A stretch of DNA of 64,000 bases from an uncultured bacterium (GTDB taxonomy: Bacteria > Patescibacteriota > Minisyncoccia > Phycocordibacterales > UBA918): positions 9-64,008 of the forward strand of contig CBFGXL010000003.1 of NCBI GenBank assembly GCA_965652925.1, read 5' to 3'. Each line of letters opens with the position of its first letter. Position 1 is the first letter of the stretch. Shown here piece after piece: positions 38,751-48,088 of the stretch. A program made the translations under genes and the position numbers. Below the pieces are notes generated by a model. It saw only the letters and a list, made by a program, of their open reading frames with translations. It was not told the DNA's origin and made no database searches.

Positions 38751-39748
38751 TGAGTCTTTTGCGAAAAGTGCTGCTCGGGCTCCTTCTTTTGTTCGTATTG
38801 CTGGCGTTTTTGCTGTTCCTCATGGCGAGAAAAGAGAAACCGCAGGAGATCATATACGGAATGTCGTTCAATACAGTGTACGCACGCGAACTAGGGCTGG
38901 ATTGGAAAGAAGTTTACGAGGCAATACTCGGCGATTTGGGGGTCCGACACCTTCGGCTTGCAGCACATTGGCCGATGGTCGAGCCAATTGATGATATCTA
39001 TAACTTCACAGAACTTGATTATCAAATCCGGCGCGCCGAAGAGGAAGGAGCAGAGGTCATTTTAGCTGTGGGAAGACGACTGCCACGCTGGCCTGAATGT
39101 CATGTACCAAAGTGGGCGGAGTCACTGACGTGGGAAGAACAACAGGAGGAAATACTGCAGTACAGTACCGTGGTCATTAATCGCTATAAGGACAGTGAAG
39201 CAATCGCCTATTGGCAGATTGAGAACGAGCCCTACCTTGAGGTCTTTGCCAAGGATCATTGCGGGGAGTTTGATGAGGCCTTTTTCGAACGGGAAGTTGC
39301 ACATTTCAGAAGCCTTGATGATTCCCGTCCATTCTTGATAACTGACAGCGGCAATATGGGAACATGGGCAGGTCCTTACAAACATGGCGATGTTTTTGGG
39401 ACAAGTGTTTACATTCACTTCTGGAATCCTGAGCTGGGGCAGTTCAGGACAGTTCTTCCTCCTTGGGCTTATCGTGTGAAAGAGACATTGATGCAACTTA
39501 TGTATGGTGAAAAACCCACATTCCTCATTGAATTGTCTGCTGAACCATGGCTGCTTGAACCAATCACTGATGTTGACATTGAAACTCAATATTCGCGCAT
39601 GGATATTGATAAGATAGATGATATCCTTGCATATGCAGAAGCTACTCGTTTCGAACGGCAATATCTCTGGGGAGCTGAATGGTGGTATTGGCTGAAAGAA
39701 AGAGGGCATTCAGAAATATGGGAGCGGGGGGAAACACTTTTCAGGTAA
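38750..39748 (+). CDS. membrane-anchored clan GH-A glycoside hydrolase (GH42/GH5-like)
   Basis: HWPMVEP, GRRLPRWPECH, WQIENEP acid/base, IELSAEPW nucleophile, LWGAEWW. Confidence 0.75.
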   Translation: MSLLRKVLLGLLLLFVLLAFLLFLMARKEKPQEIIYGMSFNTVYARELGLDWKEVYEAILGDLGVRHLRLAAHWPMVEPIDDIYNFTELDYQIRRAEEEGAEVILAVGRRLPRWPECHVPKWAESLTWEEQQEEILQYSTVVINRYKDSEAIAYWQIENEPYLEVFAKDHCGEFDEAFFEREVAHFRSLDDSRPFLITDSGNMGTWAGPYKHGDVFGTSVYIHFWNPELGQFRTVLPPWAYRVKETLMQLMYGEKPTFLIELSAEPWLLEPITDVDIETQYSRMDIDKIDDILAYAEATRFERQYLWGAEWWYWLKERGHSEIWERGETLFR

Positions 39749-39773
39749 ACATCCCCAATGCAATTAGAACACT

Positions 39774-40055
39774 ATGGAAAAGGACATTACACAATCGACA
39801 CTCGATACAGTGGAAACGACAATCAAAACGGTTGAACGTACCGTTGAGTCGTATGCCAAACCGATGCGGAAAAATATTTTGAAACGTTTTCCCGTGTTCT
39901 TCAGTCTTTTCGTTACCTTTGGTGTTGCAGCTGTATTCTTTGGCTTTGAACGCCTTCTGGAGGATATTGCGTTTCTCAATGAGCGACCATTCTTTATCCT
40001 TGTGGTAGGGATCGCCGTGCTTGCTATCACAGGGACACTCTATAAAAAATTATAA
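39774..40055 (+). CDS. small membrane protein
   Basis: two TMs, RFP...GFE...GTLYKKL. Confidence 0.65.
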   Translation: MEKDITQSTLDTVETTIKTVERTVESYAKPMRKNILKRFPVFFSLFVTFGVAAVFFGFERLLEDIAFLNERPFFILVVGIAVLAITGTLYKKL

Positions 40056-40225
40056 TGACACTCTTTCAATTCATTTTCTCATTTCTGTATGTTCGCAACT
40101 GGTATTCAGGGGAACTTGAGCTGTCATTGCCGCGTGTGGCCCTGTTTTCAGCAATGCTTTTTTTGATTCTTCTCGGGATCGCCATTGCCAGTGTCCTCCA
40201 AACACCTGTTGAGTATGTCCGCTGA
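40055..40225 (+). CDS. small membrane protein (56 aa, absent from the ORF track)
   Basis: TAATG-coupled to the previous gene; MTLFQFIFSFLYVRNWYSGELELSLPRVALFSAMLFLILLGIAIASVLQTPVEYVR. Confidence 0.6.
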   Translation: MTLFQFIFSFLYVRNWYSGELELSLPRVALFSAMLFLILLGIAIASVLQTPVEYVR

Positions 40226-40379
40226 TCAAAAACTTTTTCTTTTGATAAGTGCATTGATTTTATGCCTTTCACTTTGTCTGGTTTTTGGTACCTATATCCT
40301 CGTTCAGTCCTTCTCCGTACAGGAGGATGAGGTTGTGGACATAATGCTGAAAAAAGCGCAAAATGAATTAATTGTATGA
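40215..40379 (+). CDS. small membrane protein
   Basis: single TM; overlaps both neighbours (ATGA coupling to 40376). Confidence 0.5.
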   Translation: MSADQKLFLLISALILCLSLCLVFGTYILVQSFSVQEDEVVDIMLKKAQNELIV

Positions 40380-41491
40380 AAAAGATAGCTCAAATAGTCT
40401 TATTGTTGGCTATATTCCCATTATGCGCACAGGCAGAAACGGTATTGCGTATTGGTGAGAATGTGTCCGTTGACGCTGATCAGATCGTAGAAGGGGATTA
40501 TTATGTTTCAGTAGGTCCGTTCGGGGACACCGCAATGTCCGGTTCTGTTAAGGGTGATATGTATGCATTTGGCGGTTCTGTGGATGCTAACGGTTCAATA
40601 GGAAGCGACTTGACTATTGTTGGAGGAACCACTCAGCTTCATGCGACGGTAACTGACGATGTGCGCATTATCGCTGGCGAGGCCACTATTGCTGATCATG
40701 TGGGGGGAGATCTCTTCGTGATCGGTGGCGTACTCCATGTGCTTTCATCCGCAACCATTGATGGAGATGTTATTTTCTTTGGAGGAGACGCTGAGATAAA
40801 CGGCATGGTCAAGGGTTCCATACTCGGTACCTCTGAACGTATCCGCATTGATGCCAATGTCGGTGGCAATGTTGATATTAAAACAGCAACAACGCTTACT
40901 CTTGGGGAGAAGGCCGCTATTGCCGGCTCGGTAAAATATGCAAGCCCTGAACCGTTGGTCCGAGCACAAAACGCGAGCATTGAAGGTGAGGTTGTGCAGA
41001 ATAAATACTCATCAGTTTCCTCTACCGAACCGCAAAATCTACGCACGGTGCTCATCCCACTTTTCGTTGTGCTTTTTGCAAATTTGACCCTGTACCTTTT
41101 GTTCCGCAAGGAGCTGCAACAGCTGGTGCAGTATCTTCTGTTGCATCCGCTTAAAAGTGCAGCAGTAGGGTTGAGTATTGCAGTGTTGGGTCCAGTACTG
41201 TCTATTATTCTTATACTCACAGTTCTCGGTGCTGTTGTTGGTGTAGCCGGATTATTCTTTGTACTGCTTATGTATGCGCTTTCGCTTTCGCTCTGCGGCG
41301 TTGTCCTTGGGGCATTTATATCGCGCCTTGTGACAAAAAAGATCCAAGTTTCTCTTCTGTGGATTATAGTGGGCACGTGTGTTTTATACGCTCTTCTTTA
41401 TATCCCTATTGCAGGCACGCTTTTGTACATGACCCTTTTTGTGATGGCGCTTGGAACTATCGCTCTTTCTCTATACAGACTCATCTCTTAA
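40376..41491 (+). CDS. polymer-forming cytoskeletal (bactofilin-like beta-helix) membrane protein
   Basis: signal peptide, repeated V/I-x-G-D-h-h-h-h-G-G beta-helix motifs, multi-TM C-terminus. Confidence 0.75.
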   Translation: MKKIAQIVLLLAIFPLCAQAETVLRIGENVSVDADQIVEGDYYVSVGPFGDTAMSGSVKGDMYAFGGSVDANGSIGSDLTIVGGTTQLHATVTDDVRIIAGEATIADHVGGDLFVIGGVLHVLSSATIDGDVIFFGGDAEINGMVKGSILGTSERIRIDANVGGNVDIKTATTLTLGEKAAIAGSVKYASPEPLVRAQNASIEGEVVQNKYSSVSSTEPQNLRTVLIPLFVVLFANLTLYLLFRKELQQLVQYLLLHPLKSAAVGLSIAVLGPVLSIILILTVLGAVVGVAGLFFVLLMYALSLSLCGVVLGAFISRLVTKKIQVSLLWIIVGTCVLYALLYIPIAGTLLYMTLFVMALGTIALSLYRLIS

Positions 41492-41492
41492 G

Positions 41493-42161
41493 ATGACGGA
41501 ATCAAAGAAAAAGGAAAGAGTGGCTCGTGTAAAGAAGCTCAATGCCATCCTCACAAAACTGTATCCTGAAGCAAGGATTGCACTCAATTACTCGAACGAT
41601 TTTGAATGCCTCGTTGCTGTTGAGCTTTCTGCTCAGTGTACTGATAAGCGCGTTAATCTCGTCACAAGGGATCTTTTTCTAAAATATAAAACAATTGATG
41701 ATTACGCAGAAGCTACACAGTCTGAACTGGAGAAAGACATATTTGCCTGCGGCTTTTATCGAAACAAGGCACGCAATATCATTGCCGCAGCGAAGATGGT
41801 GCGGGATGAGTTCAATGGTGAACTCCCTCATACCCTTGCAGAGATGACGACCATTCCTGGGGCAGCACGTAAGACGGCTAACGTCGTTCTTTCTTCGCTC
41901 TACGACATTCATGAAGGAATCGCCGTGGATACGCACGTACGCCGGTTTGCTATCAGGTTTGATCTGAGCGATTTCACGGATCCGACCCGTATTGAGCGAG
42001 ATTTGATGGAGATCATGCCGCGCTCAGAATGGTGGGGGTTCAACCACAGACTGGTGCATTATGGCAGGGAAATCTGTAAGGCTCATAGGCATGACTGTTT
42101 GGAACATCCGCTTACGCATGTCTATCCTGAAGCAAATGAAATATGGCCTAAAAGCAAGTGA
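41493..42161 (+). CDS. nth: endonuclease III
   Basis: LSAQCTDKRVN, GFYRNKA, PGAARKTANVV, AVDTHV; Fe-S motif degenerate. Confidence 0.92.
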   Translation: MTESKKKERVARVKKLNAILTKLYPEARIALNYSNDFECLVAVELSAQCTDKRVNLVTRDLFLKYKTIDDYAEATQSELEKDIFACGFYRNKARNIIAAAKMVRDEFNGELPHTLAEMTTIPGAARKTANVVLSSLYDIHEGIAVDTHVRRFAIRFDLSDFTDPTRIERDLMEIMPRSEWWGFNHRLVHYGREICKAHRHDCLEHPLTHVYPEANEIWPKSK

Positions 42162-42212
42162 TTATTGTTCAATCGCTACTTCTCACATCTCTCAAATGGT
42201 ATAGTTATCTAT

Positions 42213-43040
42213 ATGCGGGTATTCTTGGCAGTCATTGAGGACCTTTACCATTTTGCAACAGAACCCCTTTTCTCATTGTTCCAGAACGACAAAAATTCTC
42301 TCAACGTGTTGCCGGCTCGAACACGAACACCACAAATACCTTTGCTGCCCGGCTTTGATGCACATGCGTACGACTCGGCACGTACGCATGACCATTCCTC
42401 AGGAGTAATATATTTTATTGGAGAGGAGGGCGTTCAGCTCTATGCTGACCCGGTGGTGGCATTTGATGTTGTTATCATGGATATCCCGTACGGAGAAGAA
42501 GTGAGATTGCAAAAACTTGGCGGTCGATGGGGGAACGTTCGTTATAAAGAAACTGAGGGTTGGGTATTCAAGGACGTGCTCCGCGATCAGTCGCGTGATG
42601 TGTCACCGATTCTTGAAGAGGGGATCGTGTACGATGCACAAAATGAAGAGACCAAAAAACTTCGTTTGCAGATACACGATATATTCTGCGGTGGCAAAGC
42701 ATCTTTATTACTCACTGATGCGGAGTATGTGACCTACAGATTACACAAGAAAGGCCATTCCATTGTGTGGAGTGCAGAACGTCCGCGTACACCTGGGACA
42801 TGGCAGAAGATACTACGCGGCAACAACAGTGTTCATCTGGGTATTCATCCCAAAACAGACTCCGTTATGGAATACAGTATAGATGATGTTGGGTTTGTTG
42901 CGTTTGTCGAGGCGGTGTTCCCTGATGATTCGATCAAAGTAAGCGGTATCGGTCTTTCCGAAGATGGCATGTACAGTGAGCGAATGCTCAGTAAAGATGA
43001 GTGGAAGGAACTGCGGCCCGTTTTTATCGAGGTTTATTAA
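42213..43040 (+). CDS. SH3-like + degenerate CHAP-like domain protein
   Basis: IPYGEEV...W...EGWV (SH3-like); EYVTYRL...W, GFVAFVEAVFPDDSIKVS (CHAP-like). Confidence 0.55.
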   Translation: MRVFLAVIEDLYHFATEPLFSLFQNDKNSLNVLPARTRTPQIPLLPGFDAHAYDSARTHDHSSGVIYFIGEEGVQLYADPVVAFDVVIMDIPYGEEVRLQKLGGRWGNVRYKETEGWVFKDVLRDQSRDVSPILEEGIVYDAQNEETKKLRLQIHDIFCGGKASLLLTDAEYVTYRLHKKGHSIVWSAERPRTPGTWQKILRGNNSVHLGIHPKTDSVMEYSIDDVGFVAFVEAVFPDDSIKVSGIGLSEDGMYSERMLSKDEWKELRPVFIEVY

Positions 43041-43044
43041 TGAT

Positions 43045-43731
43045 ATGAAACAAAAAGTTGCATTTTTTGATATTGATGGAACGGTCTTTCGATCAAGTTT
43101 ACTTATTGAACTTGTTGAGAAGCTCATCGATGAAGGGGTATTCCCAACTCAGACAAAGGATGGATATGTCGACACATACCGAAAATGGCGTGACCGCGAG
43201 GGGTCTTATGGAGATTACATCAAGGCAGTGGTAGCGGCGTACATGGAAAACATCAAAGGAGTACATTATGGGGAACTTGCTGATATCGGCAAGATCGTCA
43301 TAGCGGAACAGAGCAAGCATGTGTATCGGTACACGCGCGATCTTATCCGTGATCTTAAGCGTCAGGGGTATTATATTGTTGCTATATCACAGTCCCCCAA
43401 GACTATTCTTGATGAATTTTGCAGAGCGTATGGATTTGATAAGGTGTATGGACGCATCTATGAGATCGGTCCCCAGGATCGCTTCACTGGTGAGATGACC
43501 GATGTGCATTTGGTGGAGAATAAGGCAAATATCATAGCCCGGGTGGTGGAGAAAGAGGATGTGACGCTTGAAGGCTCGGTGGGAATAGGAGACACTGAAG
43601 GTGACATACCCCTTCTGGAAAATGTAGAAAAGCCTATTTGTTTCAACCCAAATCTTGCACTGTACACACATGCACAACGTATGGGCTGGGCTGTTGTGGT
43701 TGAGCGCAAAGATGTGATCTATACATTATAA
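43045..43731 (+). CDS. HAD-IB family hydrolase (phosphoserine phosphatase-like)
   Basis: FFDIDGT, ISQSP, NK, GDTEGD, FNP. Confidence 0.88.
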   Translation: MKQKVAFFDIDGTVFRSSLLIELVEKLIDEGVFPTQTKDGYVDTYRKWRDREGSYGDYIKAVVAAYMENIKGVHYGELADIGKIVIAEQSKHVYRYTRDLIRDLKRQGYYIVAISQSPKTILDEFCRAYGFDKVYGRIYEIGPQDRFTGEMTDVHLVENKANIIARVVEKEDVTLEGSVGIGDTEGDIPLLENVEKPICFNPNLALYTHAQRMGWAVVVERKDVIYTL

Positions 43732-43739
43732 TAAGGGTC

Positions 43740-43976
43740 ATGAAACGTTTATATCGAAGCAGAACTAATAAAATACTCGGCGGCGTGCTTGCAGGCTTGG
43801 CTGAATACTTCAACCAGGACCCGACACTCTGGCGCTTGGGATTCATTGTGGTGTTGTTTATTACCGGGCTTATGCCGTTTATGCTTGTGTATCTCATTGC
43901 ATGGATCATCATTCCTGAAAGTCCGCTTATAGAACCGGTCCAAAAAGGAAACTACACAGTATCTGAAGATGAATAA
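43740..43976 (+). CDS. pspC: PspC domain protein
   Basis: KRLYRSRTNKILGGVLAGLAEYF...DPT..R...YLIAWIIIP. Confidence 0.9.
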   Translation: MKRLYRSRTNKILGGVLAGLAEYFNQDPTLWRLGFIVVLFITGLMPFMLVYLIAWIIIPESPLIEPVQKGNYTVSEDE

Positions 43977-44781
43977 AAAAGAGGCAGTGTTCGTCCGTGT
44001 CGTATGGGATTTCTTCACGAAAGAGGGGAGGCACACGCTTCCATGGAGAAAGACTAGCAATCCGTACCGGATTCTTGTGTCCGAAATAATGCTGCAGCAA
44101 ACACAGGTGGACCGGGTGCTGCCAAAATATAAGCAGTTTATACAGCGCTTCCCGACGGTTGATATCTTGGCGCAGGCCTCTTTGGCGGAAGTGCTCGCTG
44201 TGTGGCAAGGGTTGGGGTACAATCGTCGAGCAAAAATGCTCCATGCGTGCGCTATAGAGATCGTTAATACACATAAGGGCAAATTTCCCCGCACAGTTTC
44301 TGAGCTCGAAGCGCTTCCTGGGGTAGGTCCCTACACTGCCGCAGCAGTTATGGCGTTTGCTTTCAATGAGCCAATTCCGCTTATTGAAACCAATGTTCGG
44401 TCAGTTTACCTGCATCATTTTTTTAAGGAGAAGACACAGGTGTCTGACAAGGAGATTCTTCCAATTATCGAACACACCATGGACAAAAAGCGTATCCGGG
44501 AATGGTACTGGGCGCTTATGGATTACGGAGCATGGATCAAAAAAACTCATGGCAATCCGAACTCCCAAAGCAGCAGCTACACGCAGCAGGGAACATTCAA
44601 AGGCAGCAATCGGCAGTTACGCGGAGAAATCATACGTCACCTTTTGCAGGGTGGGCAGACGCGTATGACGCTTGTGCGAAAACTTAAGCAATTTGAAACA
44701 GATCGGGTGGACGCACAGCTTTATCAGCTTCTTGGAGAAGAGATGATCATCAAGAAAGAAAGAAGATTTTATCTCCCTTGA
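43969..44781 (+). CDS. mutY: A/G-specific adenine glycosylase MutY (short, Fe-S-less form)
   Basis: LPWR, ILVSEIMLQQTQV, WQGLGYNRRA, LPGVGPYTA, ETNVR, ALMDYG. Confidence 0.9.
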   Translation: MNKKEAVFVRVVWDFFTKEGRHTLPWRKTSNPYRILVSEIMLQQTQVDRVLPKYKQFIQRFPTVDILAQASLAEVLAVWQGLGYNRRAKMLHACAIEIVNTHKGKFPRTVSELEALPGVGPYTAAAVMAFAFNEPIPLIETNVRSVYLHHFFKEKTQVSDKEILPIIEHTMDKKRIREWYWALMDYGAWIKKTHGNPNSQSSSYTQQGTFKGSNRQLRGEIIRHLLQGGQTRMTLVRKLKQFETDRVDAQLYQLLGEEMIIKKERRFYLP

Positions 44782-45999
44782 TTACTTACTGTCTTTAAGC
44801 ACCAGGGTAAAGAAGATGCCAGGAATCATAAGTACTCCAAGCAGAATGAACATGAGGTTGAAATCCATATACAATAGCCCGATGCTTCCGATCACGGTGC
44901 CCAAAATTGATGAAAGTGGCCGCGCCATACGGAATAGACTCATTTTGTCCGTATCGCCACTTTGCGTGTGTCTGAAGAAATAGGATTCTGAGGTTGAGTC
45001 AACCAAGCTTGCACCCGTTCGAGTGAGGAATGTTGCTATCATCCACAGCACCAATGCACCTGCAGGCAAAAAAGCAAACCAGGAGACAGAAAGAGCAATG
45101 ATAAAGAAGCCAAATGCCATCATCTCCTTCTCTCCGATGTATTTGTCAGCAATTATACCCACCGGGTACTCAAAGAGAACATATGCCAATAGTCCAACGA
45201 AGAGTATGTAGCCGATCTCGGTCCATGTGAATCCTGCAACTCTTGAGAGATACAGTGGGATGTAGATAACCGTCCAAGTAAAAAATAGTTGGAGGAATAT
45301 CTGAACGCAAAAAATGCTACGGGTGACCTTGTCTTGCAGAAAGAGTGCGATCAGTTTTTTTAAGTTGAGTGGTGAATAGGAAGCATCCTGAAAGTCTTTG
45401 AAATAGAGGGTGATTATGAACAAAAAAGGAAGTAGCAAAACCGCACTCCCGATATAGACTGTCTGGAATGACTGTTGCACCCCTCCAGCTCCTGCGGGGA
45501 TAAGAATGCCGGTAATGAGGGGCGCAACCGCGGAGGCAAGGCTCAAGATAGCAAGGTAGAGGCCTCTGATGCTGCCGGTTTTCTGTTCAGATGCTCCAAC
45601 GATCCGCTCGATGAATATATCGAGGCAAAAGAGTATGAGCGGTACGCTTACAATATGGATAAGGAAGAACAAAGCAGCAAAAAAGAATGATGATGTGACT
45701 GCCATTCCTAACAGGGCAGTTATCTCAAGCAAGGTGAAAAAAACCGCAAGCCGGTAGTTGCCGAATTTCTGTAGCAAAGATGGCAAATACAGATACGGTA
45801 CAAGCGACAATACTGCCCCCATAGTAAACAGTGCGCTGATCTTCGCATCACTAAAGAATTCTCCCAAAAATGATGCATTGATATACACCACAAGCGACCA
45901 GTGGAGCGATAAGATCACCAAAGCCACATACAGTGTTTTCAGCCCATGCTCTTTCTTTCTGCTGAAATAACTGAATGTTTGGAATAGTGCTTCAAGCAT
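44782..45999 (-). CDS. MFS transporter
   Basis: about 12 TMs, PVGIIADKYIGEK loop motif. Confidence 0.85.
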   Translation of the reverse strand: MLEALFQTFSYFSRKKEHGLKTLYVALVILSLHWSLVVYINASFLGEFFSDAKISALFTMGAVLSLVPYLYLPSLLQKFGNYRLAVFFTLLEITALLGMAVTSSFFFAALFFLIHIVSVPLILFCLDIFIERIVGASEQKTGSIRGLYLAILSLASAVAPLITGILIPAGAGGVQQSFQTVYIGSAVLLLPFLFIITLYFKDFQDASYSPLNLKKLIALFLQDKVTRSIFCVQIFLQLFFTWTVIYIPLYLSRVAGFTWTEIGYILFVGLLAYVLFEYPVGIIADKYIGEKEMMAFGFFIIALSVSWFAFLPAGALVLWMIATFLTRTGASLVDSTSESYFFRHTQSGDTDKMSLFRMARPLSSILGTVIGSIGLLYMDFNLMFILLGVLMIPGIFFTLVLKDSK

Positions 46000-46055
46000 A
46001 GATAGTCTTATTGTACTAGATGAAAGTATACAGGTGGATTGTATGTCGGGCATAA

Positions 46056-46091
46056 GAAATGCCGGAGGAGCGTACGCTCCTCCGGCATTTC
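46056..46091 (-). terminator. intrinsic terminator-like perfect palindrome downstream of rnj
   Basis: gaaatgccggaggagcgtacgctcctccggcatttc is a 36-bp perfect palindrome 12 nt after the rnj stop. Confidence 0.7.
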
Positions 46092-46103
46092 CATGTGTTT
46101 TTT

Positions 46104-48062
46104 CTAAATGCCGATAAGTACGGGGATGACCATAGGATTTTTTCTTGTGCGCTGCAGAAGGAACGCACTTACCGTGTCAGACAATTCTTCTTTCACGATA
46201 TCAAGGTCGATCGGATGCATTTTCTCTGTATTCTTTTCAACTGTTTTCTTGATCAAGACACGCGCTTCAGACAAAAGCTGCTGGCTTTCACGGAGGTAGA
46301 CGAAGCCACGTGAGATGATGTCGGGAGATTTACGCAGCTTGCCGGTTTTGGTATTGATGGTTGCAATAATAACGAACATGCCGTCTTCAGAGAGCGACTG
46401 ACGATCGCGGAGAACCACCTCCTGCTGGGCACCTACGGTAAAGCCATCTACCAGTACCAGATCGTTTGGAGCCTTCTCTTTTTGTACAGTGAGTTCAGTT
46501 CCATTTTTGATGTCAATGATGGTACCGTTGTCGGGTACAACGATGTTTTCTCGAGGGAAACCGTTCTCAACAGCCATATACATGTGGCTCTTGAGGTGGT
46601 AGTGGTGTCCATGAACCGGTATAAGGAATTTCGGCTTCACTGCTTGGTTCACCCATACAAGTTCAGAGGCGTTGCCGTGTCCAGAAGAGTGCACTGCTGC
46701 TGAGCGGTAGTTTACTACACGCACATTGCGTCGGTAGAGATTGTCTTTAAGCTTCTGCACCGCAACCTCGTTTCCAGGAATAACTGATGAAGAGAGGACG
46801 ATCGTATCACGCTCATTAAGCGAGATGAATTTGTGCTTGTCGGTTGCCATGCGCATTAAAGCTGCATGTTCCTCACCCTGAGCTCCCGTAGACAAAATGA
46901 CAATACGGTCATTCGGGTAATCGCTCATGTCTTGAGCAGAGATAAATGTCTTTGGATCAACAGTCAAAAGTTTTGCCTCCAGAGCAATATCAATATTGGT
47001 CTTGATACTCCTTCCTTCCATGACAACCTTTTTGCCCTGTGCCTCGCAGGCTTTGATGATACTCGTAAGACGGTCGAACTGTGAAGCAAACGTTCCGATT
47101 ATCAGGCGTCCGTGTGCATTTTTTATGATGTCTTCGAGACTGCGCAGCACAACGCCTTCGGGCGCAGAGAAACCTGTCTGGTCAGCGTTGGTTGAGTCGC
47201 AGATGAGCGCGATGTTCTTGTTCTGTCCAACCTTCTCCCATTCCTCTCGTTCTTCAACTTCAACAACACCATTCTCATGCTTGAGCTTGATGTCTCCAGT
47301 GATAACAACGTCGCCGTGTTTTGTCTCAACACTTACACCCATAGCGTCTGGTATCGAGTGCGTGACTGGAAATGTCTTGATACGAGTATTACCAACCATA
47401 AATGTGTCACCTTCTTTAATGACATGTATGGTAACTGGTTCCAAGTGTGGAAATTCTTCCTGACGTTTGAGGATCATGAGGGAAGTGAGGAATTGCGTAT
47501 AGATCGGCGGATTGCCGATACGTTCCATGACAAAAGGAATACCGCCGATGTGGTCGAGGTGACCGTGCGTGACAATAAGTCCTTTGATCTTGTGCTTTCG
47601 CTCCTCAAGATATTGCGTATTGGGAAGAATATAGTCTACTCCCGGAGTGTTGCTTTCAGGCGATACGAACTGGAATCCAATGTCGAAGATGAGAATATCA
47701 TCTTTAGTCTCGACGATGGTCATATTGCGGCCAATCTGTTCAACACCTGAAGCTGGGATGATGCGGACAGTATCTTCGTCGGTGACCTCGGGGAAACTTG
47801 AGACGATCTTCTCGTCTTTGATATTCATGCGATGTTTCAATGCCGGATTGGTCATTGAGCGTCGTCCGCGGTCGTTGCGCCGATTGCGTCCGCCGCGTTT
47901 CGGCTTATTTTCAGTTCGGTTTCCACTGCTGTTTGCACTGCGCTGTGGCCGGTTTCTTTGTGCACCACTCGGCCGCTGGCCGCTGATGAACCGCCGTCTT
48001 TGGCTCTGCCGTGGCTTTCCTTGAGTCGTTCCTTGTGTGTTTTCGTTTTGTTGTGTGTTCAT
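46104..48062 (-). CDS. rnj: ribonuclease J
   Basis: IGRNM, THGHLDHIGG, THSIPD, TGD, DSTNA, TGAQGE, HSSGH, PVHG, SRGFVY; Arg-rich N-terminal extension. Confidence 0.95.
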   Translation of the reverse strand: MNTQQNENTQGTTQGKPRQSQRRRFISGQRPSGAQRNRPQRSANSSGNRTENKPKRGGRNRRNDRGRRSMTNPALKHRMNIKDEKIVSSFPEVTDEDTVRIIPASGVEQIGRNMTIVETKDDILIFDIGFQFVSPESNTPGVDYILPNTQYLEERKHKIKGLIVTHGHLDHIGGIPFVMERIGNPPIYTQFLTSLMILKRQEEFPHLEPVTIHVIKEGDTFMVGNTRIKTFPVTHSIPDAMGVSVETKHGDVVITGDIKLKHENGVVEVEEREEWEKVGQNKNIALICDSTNADQTGFSAPEGVVLRSLEDIIKNAHGRLIIGTFASQFDRLTSIIKACEAQGKKVVMEGRSIKTNIDIALEAKLLTVDPKTFISAQDMSDYPNDRIVILSTGAQGEEHAALMRMATDKHKFISLNERDTIVLSSSVIPGNEVAVQKLKDNLYRRNVRVVNYRSAAVHSSGHGNASELVWVNQAVKPKFLIPVHGHHYHLKSHMYMAVENGFPRENIVVPDNGTIIDIKNGTELTVQKEKAPNDLVLVDGFTVGAQQEVVLRDRQSLSEDGMFVIIATINTKTGKLRKSPDIISRGFVYLRESQQLLSEARVLIKKTVEKNTEKMHPIDLDIVKEELSDTVSAFLLQRTRKNPMVIPVLIGI

Positions 48063-48088
48063 ACTAATACGTTAATAAAATTAAATAA

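Noticed and set aside
47820-48062. Arg/Gln-rich N-terminal extension of RNase J as a separate novelty
   Set aside because: Disordered basic extensions are common on RNase J in several lineages; nothing specific can be supported.
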